Part shown: positions 26,901 through 37,499 of the stretch, in pieces
Position numbering within the stretch: the stretch's first letter is position 1
How the letters are laid out: each line of letters opens with the position of its first letter
NCBI GenBank assembly: GCA_964188305.1
Contig: OZ076885.1
Length of the DNA stretch: 64,000 bases
From: Podarcis bocagei
Taxonomy: Eukaryota
Strand: one strand, 5' to 3'
Notes under the pieces: generated by a model
The model's database searches: none
What the model was told of the DNA's origin: nothing
What the model saw: only the letters and a program-made list of their open reading frames with translations
Made by a program: the position numbers and the translations under genes

Positions 26901-29900
26901 TTATGCGTGGAAATAGCCGAGATAGATCACAACGCTGTAGACAAGAGTATCATTTTAATACAATTATTAAGTGGCATTTTCTGGGTATTAAGTAAGCTTG
27001 CATTACACAAACTTGTTTCTCAACTATAGGAGAAAATGTCAGTTTAAATAAAAGTAGTATCTGCACATGCAGACAAAATCTGGTTATAATGTGTATGTCA
27101 AAAAGCACCCTCAGTGAACTTTTTCTCTATGCAGTTTAATCATACTCGCTCTGATATATCTATGAACAGCAAGAAATATCTATATGCACCTATGTCTTTA
27201 AAAGAAAAAGATGTAGAGCATTAGTTTATAACAAAGAGGATATACAATGAAAGAAACTTACAATGTTGGTGACACTGTGGTATAAAGCTGCATAAACTTC
27301 AGAATGAATATTTTCCATAGCTTGATCATATGGTTGCATCAGAATGAATTCTCCTGGAAATACTTTGCCTAAAATTACAATGGATCTTATATTAGTCATA
27401 TAACGTCTGGAAAATCAAAATGCTAGACTTGCAATTTGTCAATGTATGCTTTTTTTGAAAAGGATATAGCGTCCTGGGTTAGACAAGAAGCAGAAAAAAA
27501 ATTCATGATTCTAGGATTTGTGTTAACAAAGAGAGAGAATGCTAGGCATTGGTGAATGGATGCATATTAGTGTTTTCTTCAGACATAGATAGGTAGCCGT
27601 GTTGGTCTGCCATAGTCAAAATAAAAAAATTCCTTCCAGTAGCACCTTAAAGACCAACTAAGTTAGTTCTTGGTATGAGCTTTCGTGTGCATGCACACTT
27701 CTTCAGATTGGTCTTTAAGGTGCTACTGGAAGGAATTTTTTTATTTCTTCAGACATGTTCAGCATTCACTAAAACAGAAGCATCATAACAGAAGCATTTC
27801 TATTCATTTGAACAGAGCCACACAAGAGATAAATAAATGCATAACTCACCTTGCTGGCAACCTGATGTGTTCATATAGTAAAATCCATAAGGACATTGGC
27901 ATGAAAAGCTTTGGAACAGATCAATACATACAGCAGCGTATTCACATGGTTGGTCAGCACAAGTAGGGGGTCCTAAAATGAAAACCATAATGAGAACAAG
28001 GATTTCCACCCCTCCTTATAGATTATACATTAGTAGAACTTATAAAGCCCACCAGATCCATTGAGAGTGCACAATGGGGCTTCCTCCCCTCTCCTCCACT
28101 GTACATACCCCTCACCAGCCTCATATCTGCTTCAAAGAGTTGTATGACACACACACCCCAAGCAGATTTAGAGGATGTGTCTGTTAGGATTCTTTTCCCG
28201 TGTATCACATGACGGTGTATGTTTTAATTCCACATTGTGGGAAGTGACGGAGAAAGGATGTTTGGATTACTGTGTTTCCGTGATGTAATAATAATAATAA
28301 TAATAATAATGATGATGATGTAGGACATTTGTCCTTTGTTCTTTCTCTTTGCTGTCTGATACTGAAGAGGAAGGAACTGAGTTATGATGCTCCGAGTGTG
28401 TATATGTAAATAAATGTAGTTTAGCCAAAATGCTGCGCTACTGAGTCTGTACGCTGACTGCCTATACTCTGCTGATCCTGAAGTGTGCTGATTCCTCTAA
28501 GGTATCAGGCGCTGTGATGTTTGGGCTGGAGAAAGATTTTGAATCTCCCAAATGAACAACCAGGAGTGAGAGAACATGCCAGTCAGGCATGTGTGTCTGC
28601 CAGACTCCTATTCGTGTGTAGGACCTCCTGACAGTGCCTGGGGACGGGGAGAAGAGGGAGAAATATTCTGTCGCGAAAGCAGACATCCTTGGCAAAGTAA
28701 GCTTTGCCATTTAGTTAGTGTCTGGTTATTTTGAACAAAAAAAGCCAGGAAGCAGTTGTGTAATGATTACCTGATGTAGTTACTATTCCTGCAGTTGCAT
28801 TTGGGGAAGTTGGAGCATCCGTTGAGTTTGTGAGCATGGAGACACTTGATATTTCTGTGGGCATGGAGACATTTGATGTGTCTGTGGGCGTAGAGTCACT
28901 CGATGTATCTGTGGCCGTGGAGACACTTGATGCTTCTGTGGGCATGGAGACACTTGATGCTTCTGTGGGCATGGAGACACTTGATGCTTCTGTGGGCATG
29001 GAGACACTTGATGCTTCTGTGGGCATGGAGACACTTGATGCTTCTGTGGGCATGGAGACACTTGATGCTTCTGTGGGCATGGAGACACTTGATGCTTCTG
29101 TGGGCATGGAGACACTTGATGCTTCTGTGGGTGTGGAGACACTCGATGTTTCTGTGGGCATGGAGACACTTGATGCTTCTGTGGGCATGGAGGCACTAGG
29201 TGTTTCTGTGGATGCTGTGGTATTTGCTACTCCTGAAGGTAAAACAAATAAAGGGGAGAAAAGCACCACATCTCTGTGTGTCTAATCTATCTATCTATCT
29301 ATCTATCTAAACAACAAATAGCAATTACTCACAGAAAGAGTAAGAGAACTACTGTCATAAGCAAGTACACTTATTCAAATCTAGAATAATTAATGTAGCG
29401 TCATTTGTTTCGGCCATAGTGGAGTTTTGGTTCACAGTTGTGGTCCAGTGTTTAGGCCGTACATATTGTCTCTAGTGGGCTGTGGGAGTGGGCCTCAAGC
29501 CTGCATGACTCCCACCACACAGGCAGCACTTTCAGAGCCTCTGGATGTAAACACCTGTATGAAGAGGCCCTGGTCCCATGTGATACATATGCTAAGGAAA
29601 AGGAGTGGACAGATTGTCAGAGTGGGGTCTACTCATGTACATATATATGCACATTGGCCACAGTTCTCACTGAAGGCTCTGTGTGCAATACTGGAGGGTG
29701 AGTGAGCTGAGGCCTTGTCATGTGTAAGAGCCAGACTTCAATTAAAATGTATTTATAAAATATTTTACTCCAAAATAATGCTCAAAACAAAAACAAAAAA
29801 TAGACTGTGGAGCAGTCTAAAATAGACAAACTGCAAAACATTTATCAAATCATTAAAAAACACACCCACCCAAATATTTGAAAATGTAGAGAACAAATAG

Positions 29901-32900
29901 TACTCAATTACAAATTATATTTCAAAATTTCATGCCCAGGACAGATGTACAAAAACACAGTAACATAGGAAGCATATATTGAATCAGACCACTAGTGCAT
30001 CTAGCTCAATATTGTCTACTCTGTGCTAACTGGCAACAGCATTTTCCTAGCCCTACCTGGAGATACATGCAAAGCAGCTACTCTAACTAGTCTATTAGAA
30101 CAGGTTGGCCCAACTTTTCATACTAAGTGCGCCACAGGTGTACTTAGACACGGAACCCACAAGCCACACACTGCCTTGTCATGCAAGGGGGAGAACAAGG
30201 CCAAAATTTGACATGCCCTTCCCAGCCCTTGTGTTGCCTTTCCAAAGCCAGGTAAACGAGGTGCTGGGTTTGGGGAAGGAGGTGTGAGGCTCTGGCAGGT
30301 CCTAGAGCCCTCTCATCTGCTTCCCAAAATTGGGAAAGCACGAACTAGGCCTTGAGAAGGAGGTGGGAGGACTCTAGGACCCTGCCAGAGCCCTCATGCC
30401 TCCTTCCCAAATCACAGTGGCTGAGGGCCACTAAAAAGACTTCAAGGGCCACATGCAGTACCACAGTAGATGAAGCAAATATGTGACCTTCCTCGAGATA
30501 TGTGGAGCCCAGAACTGTTGCGGCTTTGGAGGATAAAACCACCCTGTTGAAATAGTCCTGGAAGTCATTTAGCAGGCTGTTGAAAATGTCGGGGTACAAC
30601 TCAGCTTGCACTATAGGCTAATATACCTGCATGAAGAGGCTAGATAGAGAAGAACCTCCAATTTTCCTAGACTGCCCTTATGCTGATCTCAGGTGCTAGG
30701 CAGCTCATTTCCTACTTCCTACTTCTTCATTCTTAGCTTGTTAAAGGAGCGATCTTTTGTGTGCCCTCCTGCTGAGAACAAAAAGCAAACATGGCTCCTT
30801 GTATATTTCTATCTTAGCTAGAAAGAACTTTCCTATCAAGTATAATGAATATACTATCCTGTAATGAACCTGGCTTTGTTATTTTCCTAAACTCAAGACT
30901 CTCAGTGTGATTTTATCCAGGGTAAAGTGTGTTCCTTCAGCAGTGATTCAGTATAAAATTCAGCATCAGTATAGACACCATTGGTAAGGAAAGGAGTTGT
31001 ACGCGCTCTGAGGCTGCCTCCAATAAAAGCTGGACTTAATAATTCTGCACAAGATGCAGGTTACAAATCAGAACAGTTCTACAAAGAGTAGTAAATTTCA
31101 ATAATCAAAGTGGAAGGCTACCAAAGAATGAGTAACGGTAGAAAGTTCTGTATCCTGGAGAAAAGTGTCACTATGACATTAGTCAGAACTGATCAAATGT
31201 TATCTCACCCACAACTGACACCTCAGAATCAAGTAGCAAAGCTGATCAAAGATCACATTTGTGCTGCGCATCTAATCAGATCTTTTCTGAAACCCTGGAG
31301 AACCACTGCTATAAACAATACTGAGCTGAGTGGACCAGTAGTCTGACTTGCAAGTGAACTGTGACACATTTTATCAAAGGGGCAATTAAAACCAGACTTC
31401 TTCCAATATTTTTTATTATTATTTAAAAAGACTCATTTTTCTCAGTGTGCCCTGATTTTATTCCCTATATAGTTAAGAGACTCTGCAAGACCACACCCAA
31501 TTATATTATACTCATATTAAGAAGAATGACTAATAAACACATGATACCTGTTTATAACTAGAAACAAACTGAGATCTCCTAATCTGATATTGGCACACAA
31601 GGATGATGTAAACATTCTAACTGACTGGAGAGAAAGGTGCATAGTTCTCTGTAGTCTTAAAAATCAGCCTTGTGAGATTTTTCACAACTCAGTGTGACAG
31701 GACATGGAGGAGAAGCAAGATAACACTGTCCATTGTCATGAAATTTGTTTAGCTTTTTACACAAATGTTTCTCTCTTTTTCATCATGCAAATTACAACTC
31801 TAAAACTGGAACTCACAAGAGCTGACATTAATATTATTGTCAAGTAAATTTGGACAATGTAAATATCCGAGAAGCCAAATTTCAAACTGGATGAAAAGAT
31901 AAAGCTTAATTCACAGTATAGTAGTTCTGTTATATAACTTGGATGTGAAGTGTCTGTTATAAACTGTTAACCTGTTCCAGCAAAGGAGATTTACCCCCTA
32001 GAAGGAAGCTATTGCATGCATCACTGCCACAGGTGAAAATTCTCATCCCTATCTGCATTCTGATGATTTTCCAGGTCCCGTTGAACTGACTGCATGTAGC
32101 TTTTTAATCCAGATAACAATGCACAGTACCATCTGGGGTCACTTGGGGTCACATATGCGGTTACTAGTTGCATGCAGCTACAACTGGAGCCTATATACAT
32201 ATTTTTTGTTTCCTTCTGTCTCGAGAGACATTGCAATGTGCCTCCTGTGGTGAATCACACCTCTGCATTAGCAGCACTGAAGTGACCTCCCCAGAGCAGA
32301 AGCCTGGGCATGTATATGGAGGTCCTGGGCTGCCCAGATGACAAGACTTGGCTTTGCAGATGTAGCCCAAAGGCAAGGAGAGCAATACGTCTGGCACCAG
32401 CTTAGCTGCAGGAGTTGCCAGAAGGAGGCATACAAGGCTCTATCCAACCGTCTTAGGGACTCCACTCTGGATTTGTGTAGGGTTCACTCCTTAGCTTTTT
32501 CTTCTTCTGACGATATCCCATAAGGCAGTGGAGGTTTAGGATCAGAGTTTTCCTTCTCCTAGATGGGCTACCCTCCCTGTCTGACAACCCCATCTGCCCC
32601 TCACTTCCCTTTACATCATGTGCAGAAAACACCTTCCTGACCATTGGACCCACTATTGGTCTCCTCTGCTCAATCTGCAAGAGCCTGTCTTTGCTTGCAG
32701 GGAAAGTCCCTAATTCACCGAAGGTTTGAGACCCATTGGCTACCCTCACCTGGTTTAGCCAGGGGTAGAAACTCAGTATGCGGATGATACCCAGCTCTAC
32801 CTCTCTTTCAAATCAGAACCAGTGAAGGCAGTGAAGGTCCTGTGTGAGTTTCTGGAGGCAGTTGGAGGATGGATGGCAGCTAACAGATTGAGGTTGAATC

Positions 32901-33705
32901 CTGACAAGACAGAAGTACTGTTTTGGGGGGACAGGAGGCAGGCAGGTGTGGAGGACTCCCTGGTTCTTAATGGGGTAACTGTGCCCCTGAAGGACCAGGT
33001 GCGCAGCCTGGGAGTCATTCTGGACTCGCAGCTGTCCATGGAGGTGCAGGTCAATTTTGTATCCAGGGCAGCTGTTTACCAGCTCCGTCTGGTACGCAGA
33101 CTGAGACCCTATCTGCCCGCAGACTGTCTTGCCAGAGTGGTGCATGCTCTGGTTATCTCCTGCTTGGACTACTGCAATGCGCTCTACGTGGGGCTACCTT
33201 TGAAGGTGACCTGGAAACTACACCTAATCCAGAATGCGGCAGCTAGACTGGTGACTTGGAGCGGCCTCCAAGACCACATAACACTGGTCTTGAAAGACAT
33301 ACATTGGCTTCCAGTACGTTTCCGGGCACAATTGAAAGTGTTGGTGCTTTAAAGCCCTAAACGGCCTCGGTCCAGTATACCTGAAGGAGTGTCTCCACTC
33401 CCAACGTTCTGCCCAGACGCTGAGGTCTAGCGCCGAGGGCCTTCTGGCGGTTTCCTCGCTGCGAGAAGCCAAGTTACAGGGAACCATGCAGAGGGCCTTC
33501 TCAGTAGTGGCAACTGCCCTGTGGAACACCCTCCCACCAGATGTCAAAGAGAAAACCAACTACCAGACTTTTAGAAGACATCTGAAGGCAACCCTGTTTA
33601 GGGAAGCTTTTAATGTTTGACAGACTATTGTATTTTAATATTTTGATGGACCCTGCCCAGAGTGGCTGGGGGAACCCAGCCAGATGGGCGGGGTATAAAT
33701 AATAA

Positions 33706-33762
<57 letters not shown>

Positions 33763-34149
33763 TATTCTACTGGGGTTGATGTGCGGGATTTCCATATAGT
33801 CAGAAGTACAACCCCTTTCGATTGCTTAGCTAGTTACTTAAAAGGCAAAGTTCTGGCCTAAAGCTTCAGATGTGGTTAACACAAAACAGTTAACTGAAAA
33901 AATAAGAAAGAAATTGGATTTCATTGCAAATCACCACGACTGCCGTTCATAGATCATGGATTAATAATTGAAATGCAGAAGTTGACAAATCCAGTCCTTC
34001 TAAAGAGAAGGAAAGGAACCCAGAAATACAATGGGTTTATCCCACCCACATAACTGGTATTTAACCATCTTTCAGAGAAAAGGTTGCCACTTACCTGCCT
34101 CTATACAGAAGATAAACCATACAACGGTGAGGAGAACACAGCCTTTCAT
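18839..34149 (-). CDS. MUC13: Mucin-13 gene model: exons 34149-34095, 29232-28771, 27972-27850, 27368-27262, 24664-24606, 23879-23725, 22228-22094, 21640-21523, 20952-20915, 20117-20030, 19085-18839 (1587 nt, 529 codons, plus terminal exon)
   Basis: Order is signal peptide, Ser/Thr/Pro tandem repeat, EGF, SEA-like, EGF-like domains, TM, cytoplasmic tail. All introns GT-AG and frame continuous. Motifs GKVFPG...HS..Y..L, F...F....Y.ETVI and CAFGYSG.DCK match mammalian MUC13. Synteny between HEG1 and ITGB5. Confidence 0.92.
19170..19583 (+). mobile_element. BovB LINE 3' fragment
   Basis: Near-identical to the 1725-2104 copy. Confidence 0.9.
19826..19948. mobile_element. hAT MITE
   Basis: TIR TAAAGTTACCAGAT/ATCTGGTAACCTTA with perfect 8-bp TSD AGTTAGAC. 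Confidence 0.88.
20030..20117 (-). CDS. MUC13: MUC13 exon 10, transmembrane helix
   Basis: VYLAALVGVSVACGVVIIVLIGVLIYKVIR, 88 nt, phase 1-2. Confidence 0.9.
20145..20295 (-). mobile_element. L2 LINE 3' fragment
   Basis: Reverse-complement similarity to the 3' end of the L2 at 33560-33700. Confidence 0.65.
20350..20800 (+). mobile_element. AT-rich non-autonomous DNA element, with a related copy at about 47325-48228
   Basis: Shared blocks such as TTGAAGGATAGCTGTGTTTCA and TAAGTTTGCCTT. Confidence 0.55.
20915..20952 (-). CDS. MUC13: MUC13 exon 9
   Basis: CAFGYSGEDCKE, 38 nt, phase 2-1. Confidence 0.9.
21523..21640 (-). CDS. MUC13: MUC13 exon 8, EGF-like
   Basis: LCKSTECSPEKNQHCIMTAENVPECRCQSGFQKEGDKCQE, 118 nt, phase 1-2. 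Confidence 0.9.
22094..22228 (-). CDS. MUC13: MUC13 exon 7, EGF-like
   Basis: LSQCAVYGCDGKTTICSD...CECRPSLAKMNPEDKACL, 135 nt, phase 1-1. Confidence 0.9.
23725..23879 (-). CDS. MUC13: MUC13 exon 6 (SEA)
   Basis: KSTQASKRLSKAEAASNVNITLINLFD...AIKFDR, 155 nt, phase 2-1. Confidence 0.87.
23940..23978. repeat. (AC)n microsatellite
   Basis: Read directly. Confidence 0.95.
24606..24664 (-). CDS. MUC13: MUC13 exon 5 (SEA)
   Basis: FSEIFKDEKSYQETVIISIK, 59 nt, phase 0-2, GTAAGT donor. Confidence 0.88.
25249..25493 (+). mobile_element. Tc1/mariner MITE (about 242-bp family)
   Basis: TA-flanked TIR CAGTGGTACCTC.GGTTA. Confidence 0.92.
25685..25926 (-). mobile_element. Tc1/mariner MITE, same family, inverted relative to the 25249 copy
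   Basis: Internal sequence is the reverse complement of 25249-25493. Confidence 0.92.
27262..27368 (-). CDS. MUC13: MUC13 exon 4, start of SEA-like domain
   Basis: GKVFPGEFILMQPYDQAMENIHSEVYAALYHSVTNI, 107 nt, phase 1-0, GTAAGT donor. Confidence 0.9.
27586..27743. mobile_element. Penelope-like element remnant with hammerhead core
   Basis: Same family as the 9789 copy. Flanking direct repeat TTTCTTCAGACAT and an internal inverted repeat. Confidence 0.82.
27671..27708 (-). ncRNA. Minimal type-I hammerhead ribozyme core (helix I truncated)
   Basis: Minus strand reads AU-CUGAAGA-A-GUGUGC-AU-GCACAC-GAAA-GC-UC-AUACCA. Confidence 0.65.
27850..27972 (-). CDS. MUC13: MUC13 exon 3, EGF-like domain 1
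   Basis: GPPTCADQPCEYAAVCIDLFQSFSCQCPYGFYYMNTSGCQQ, six Cys, 123 nt, phase 1-1. Confidence 0.92.
28182..28633 (+). mobile_element. Solo LTR in MUC13 intron 2
   Basis: TGTTAGGA...TCCTGACA ends, 5-bp TSD GTGTC/GTGCC, internal AATAAA near 28409. Confidence 0.72.
28771..29232 (-). CDS. MUC13: MUC13 exon 2, mucin PTS domain with 9-aa repeat PTEASSVSM
   Basis: 462 nt, phase 1-1, acceptor ttcag and donor GTAATC. Lies within ORF 28715..29269(-). Confidence 0.9.
28830..29200. repeat. 27-bp coding minisatellite (about 13 units) in MUC13 exon 2
   Basis: Unit GGGCATGGAGACACTTGATGCTTCTGT. Confidence 0.95.
32310..32761 (-). mobile_element. RTE-clade LINE 5'-UTR fragment
   Basis: Minus strand reads GGCTAAACCAGGTGAGGGTAGCC...GGTAGCCCATCTAGGAGAAGGAAAACTCTGA, motifs recalled from RTE-1 5' UTRs. 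Confidence 0.6.
32762..33765 (+). mobile_element. L2-clade LINE 3' fragment (RT C-terminus)
   Basis: YADDTQLY, NRLRLNPDKTEVL, LDYCNAL and IQNAAARL motifs, with (TTA)n tail. Confidence 0.92.
34095..34149 (-). CDS. MUC13: MUC13 exon 1 (signal peptide MKGCVLLTVVWFIFCIEA-G)
   Basis: 55 nt, hydrophobic signal peptide, donor CAG|GTAAGT, phase 1. Confidence 0.85.
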
Positions 34150-34199
34150 TGTTGCAGTTGCTCCCTGCTAATCCTACAAGGAAATGTTTTCTCCCCTTC

Positions 34200-34390
34200 G
34201 GGTTAGTATATTTTAGATCATAGTTACCAGTCCAGAGGTCAACTTTTTATTGACGTCAGAACTGTGAATGGATTCTATCGCTTAATTTATGGCTGGTGCC
34301 TTACTAAATGTTGGGATAGTGTTTACGTATTACGCATGCTCCCAAAGACCAAATTGATGGTGGTTTAAATACTGTTTTATTGGTAGTATA
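34200..34390 (-). promoter_or_regulatory. MUC13 proximal promoter motif cluster (DR1/HNF4, CDX, CRE)
   Basis: AGTCCA-G-AGGTCA at 34229-34241, TTTTATTG at 34245-34252, TGACGTCA at 34251-34258, TTTATGGC at 34286-34293, TTTTATTGG at 34375-34383. All lie 80-235 bp upstream of the ATG. Confidence 0.6.
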
Positions 34391-35195
34391 TACCAATATT
34401 TTAGGTTTTTGTTGTTGTTTTTAAAAAAAAACTTGATGACTTGATGAAGAAAGCAGGTATTAAAATACTGTGATACATCAAACATTACACGGCCCTGTTG
34501 ATTCTAGGTAGCAGGCAAACAAAGCAGAAGTTCACAAATCATTTCTGTAGATAGTTACGGTAAAACCCTTGAGATTTTAAAGCATATACCTGCACCAGAG
34601 CATTATGATAAAGAATATTATACCCTGTCCCATAGCATATTGAGTCTGGTAGGATGTTTTTTTCCAAACACATGCAGAAATTCTGGTGCACATTTGTTGC
34701 TTCTCGACCTGCAAGGGCTCTTCCATCCATTTCAGTGAAGGAAGCAGGTCCATTTGGGTCAGAAGTGCCTATCCGCTAAGATGAATGTGCTATGGGGTGC
34801 ATAAGGGACTCAGGAAATCAGGGCTTGTGCCTGGAAGCACTTCTCTAAAGATTTTGCCAAAGTCTTGGTCATTTTGTCTCATAACCATCCTCCTATGTAA
34901 AACAAGAATTTAAAGTTGCTGCAACAAATTTCAAATCCGGATGAACATCCTAGAAAAATGTACACTGATCCATATGTTGCCTCTCGTGCAAATTATTTCC
35001 CGGTGGTTAAAGTCCAGGTTTTTTATCTCCAGGTTAAGCTTTCACAGACTGCAGCAGGTGTTTATTGCTATGAAACTAAGCTCTACTATTTTTTACAGCT
35101 ATCCAAGTATTGGTTTTGTTTCCTTGTACTACTTAGGACCTTGAACTCAAGATGAACTGCCCTGGAATTAGGTGCTCCGTTTATTTGCAATATTA

Positions 35196-35437
35196 CAATG
35201 GTACCTCAGGTTAAGTACTTAATTCGTTCCGGAGGTCTGTTTTTAACCTGAAACTGTTCTTAACCTGAAGCACCACTTTAACTAATGGGGCCTCCTGCTG
35301 CCACCGCACTGCCAGAGCACGATTTCTATTCTCATCCTGAAGCAAAGTTCTTAACCCGAGGTACTATTTCTGGGTTAGCGGAGTCTCTAACCTGAAGCGT
35401 ATGTAGCCTGAAGCGTATGTAACCTGAGATACCACTG
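35196..35437 (+). mobile_element. Tc1/mariner MITE (about 242-bp family)
   Basis: TIRs and TA TSD. Confidence 0.9.
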
Positions 35438-35880
35438 TATATTGACACTATTGTCATAGACCAACCTTTGCTCACCTGAAAGCCTTGCAAGCGTACTGGC
35501 TGGGACTGGCAGAAGTTGTCCAACCATTTGGAGAGCAGCAGGTTGGCAAAGGTTTGTGTTTGCAACCAAAAGATGGGTCAGGGTATTCAGGACAAACTGC
35601 TGCGGAGAAGTGACTAGTGAGGATGGGCTGGGAGAGAGAAGGTTATGTACAAAGATGACTTTAACACCCTCTCCTACCTGCTGCTTTTGCATAGAAATTG
35701 CATCCTCCATTTTGCTCTGGTGGAGCATTGTTCATTGACACCCCTGGACTTTAAAACTTCCCTACCAAGAGAGGTTGGTCTTGCTTCCTGCATTTTGTCT
35801 TTCCACTTCAAAGCCAGGAACTTAATAAAGATTAAGATCTTTAGAGGCTGGGATACTAGTTTTTAATTTATTGCCTACTG

Positions 35881-36365
35881 CAGTGTTTCCCAACCTTTTT
35901 TGGGCGAAGGCACACTTGTTTGATGAAAAAAATCTCGAGGCACACCACCATTACAGCCCCGTGACGTCAGCGCACAGCGTCACGCCGGGAGGGACGCACG
36001 AAAGTGTAAGTTTCAATTTTTTCCCTCCCCCTTGCCGGGGAACCTCCAAGCTTTGGGGGGTGGGGGGGAGGAGGCAGCAAAGCAAGGCAGGAAGGAGAGC
36101 GCGGCTTGGCTGGGTGAGCTTTGGCAGGGGCAGGGAATGAGAGCTGCGAGGCGGGCGCTGTGGACGGAGGCGCTGCCCACCGAGCTCGCAGGCAGCCAGG
36201 CAGGCAGACGGCGAGAGCCCCGCGCTGGGCGGCCTCTCCTCGCCGCCGCCACCCTGCCTCTCGCCGCCCGACTCGCCCGCCTCCCTCCAGGCAACATCTC
36301 GCGGCACACCAGGCAACATCTCGCGGCACACTAGTGTGCCGCGGAACAGTGGTTGGGAAACACTG
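35881..36365. mobile_element. Non-autonomous hAT element with GC-rich cargo
   Basis: TIR CAGTGTTTCCCAACC/GGTTGGGAAACACTG with perfect 8-bp TSD GCCTACTG. Confidence 0.93.
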
Positions 36366-37499
36366 GCCTACTGTAACTATACACAACCCTTTGTGTTTGC
36401 TCTTATTTGCTCTTTCCGCATTGTCTTTTTATTATGCTTTACCTATTGTTTAAAATATTTCTAAACTGCCCCTCACCCAGTCAAATTCTGAGGCAGAGAG
36501 AACAATGGGCAAGAATAAAATGATCCATATCAAATGCAAACCATAAAACACCCCAATTCATAACAGCAAAATAAGAGGCAGTCACTTGACTTATAAAGCA
36601 CACTGAGGTATGCTTTATTATGCTTCTTACTGTTTTGTGGTGGTTTGCTTCATATAGTGTTATATTGTACTGTTTTGCAAGCAGGTTTGAACTTCATAAA
36701 GAAAGGAAAGATTTAAATCTTCTTTCAATAAATTATTCCTATTGAAGAGCCATGGTTGCAACAGACCTACTGTCAACAAAAAAATGATTATATAAGAAAA
36801 ATATAGATTTAAATAAATCAGATAGTTGCATCTCATGTGATCAATTATTTTTGATAAAACTTTAATACAACTTGAGCATGGACAAGCTATCTTCCCGGAA
36901 GAAGCCAGCAGAAAACAGGTGCACCTAAATCCCACTGTAATAAGTGTATTTTTTTTCTACTGGATTTAATAGAACAGGAATGCAAGCCTGTCTAATTATG
37001 CCTTACGTCGTTGTCCTAGGCTATAAGAAGCTAGTAAACCACTGTGTGCAGCCTCAGCTCAGAATGATCTGGAAGACCAGTTCTGATCATGGGCCCAGGC
37101 TCCTGGGGGCCAAGGCACTTTGGGCCCCCTCAATATATATATTTTTGGATGGGCTGTCCCCCCCCCCCATTTTTACTGTAAGGTTTATAATTATGAAAAA
37201 AGCACCTGTTCTCATTTTCTGAATGTATAATATATTTTTCAAATATGGATTTTACAGCTACAGTAGATTTGCCAACTTTTATAACCAGAATGCACCTGCT
37301 TATTGAAATACTATCTCCTCCCCTCCCTTTTCAGGAGCCCTAGAATATTGAGGTAGAGAAAAACCTGTTGTAGCCATTACCTATCAAACCTTTCAGTGGA
37401 GACTTTTGAGAAGTGTATTATTTAACTTTTCTCCATATGTAAACGGAGATGCGGATGCTGTCTTGTTTGCATGTACCAATAAAAACTCAGGTTCATAAT

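Noticed and set aside
28830-29200. CRISPR-like array
   Set aside because: Head-to-tail repeats without spacers, in a vertebrate coding exon.
28783-29285. Alternative-frame and antisense repeat ORFs (PQKHQVSPC, METLDASVG, WRHLMLLWA)
   Set aside because: By-products of the stop-poor 27-bp repeat. Only the PTEASSVSM frame splices in phase with MUC13.
35951-36453. Overlapping ORFs in the small hAT element
   Set aside because: GC-rich cargo with no coding signal.
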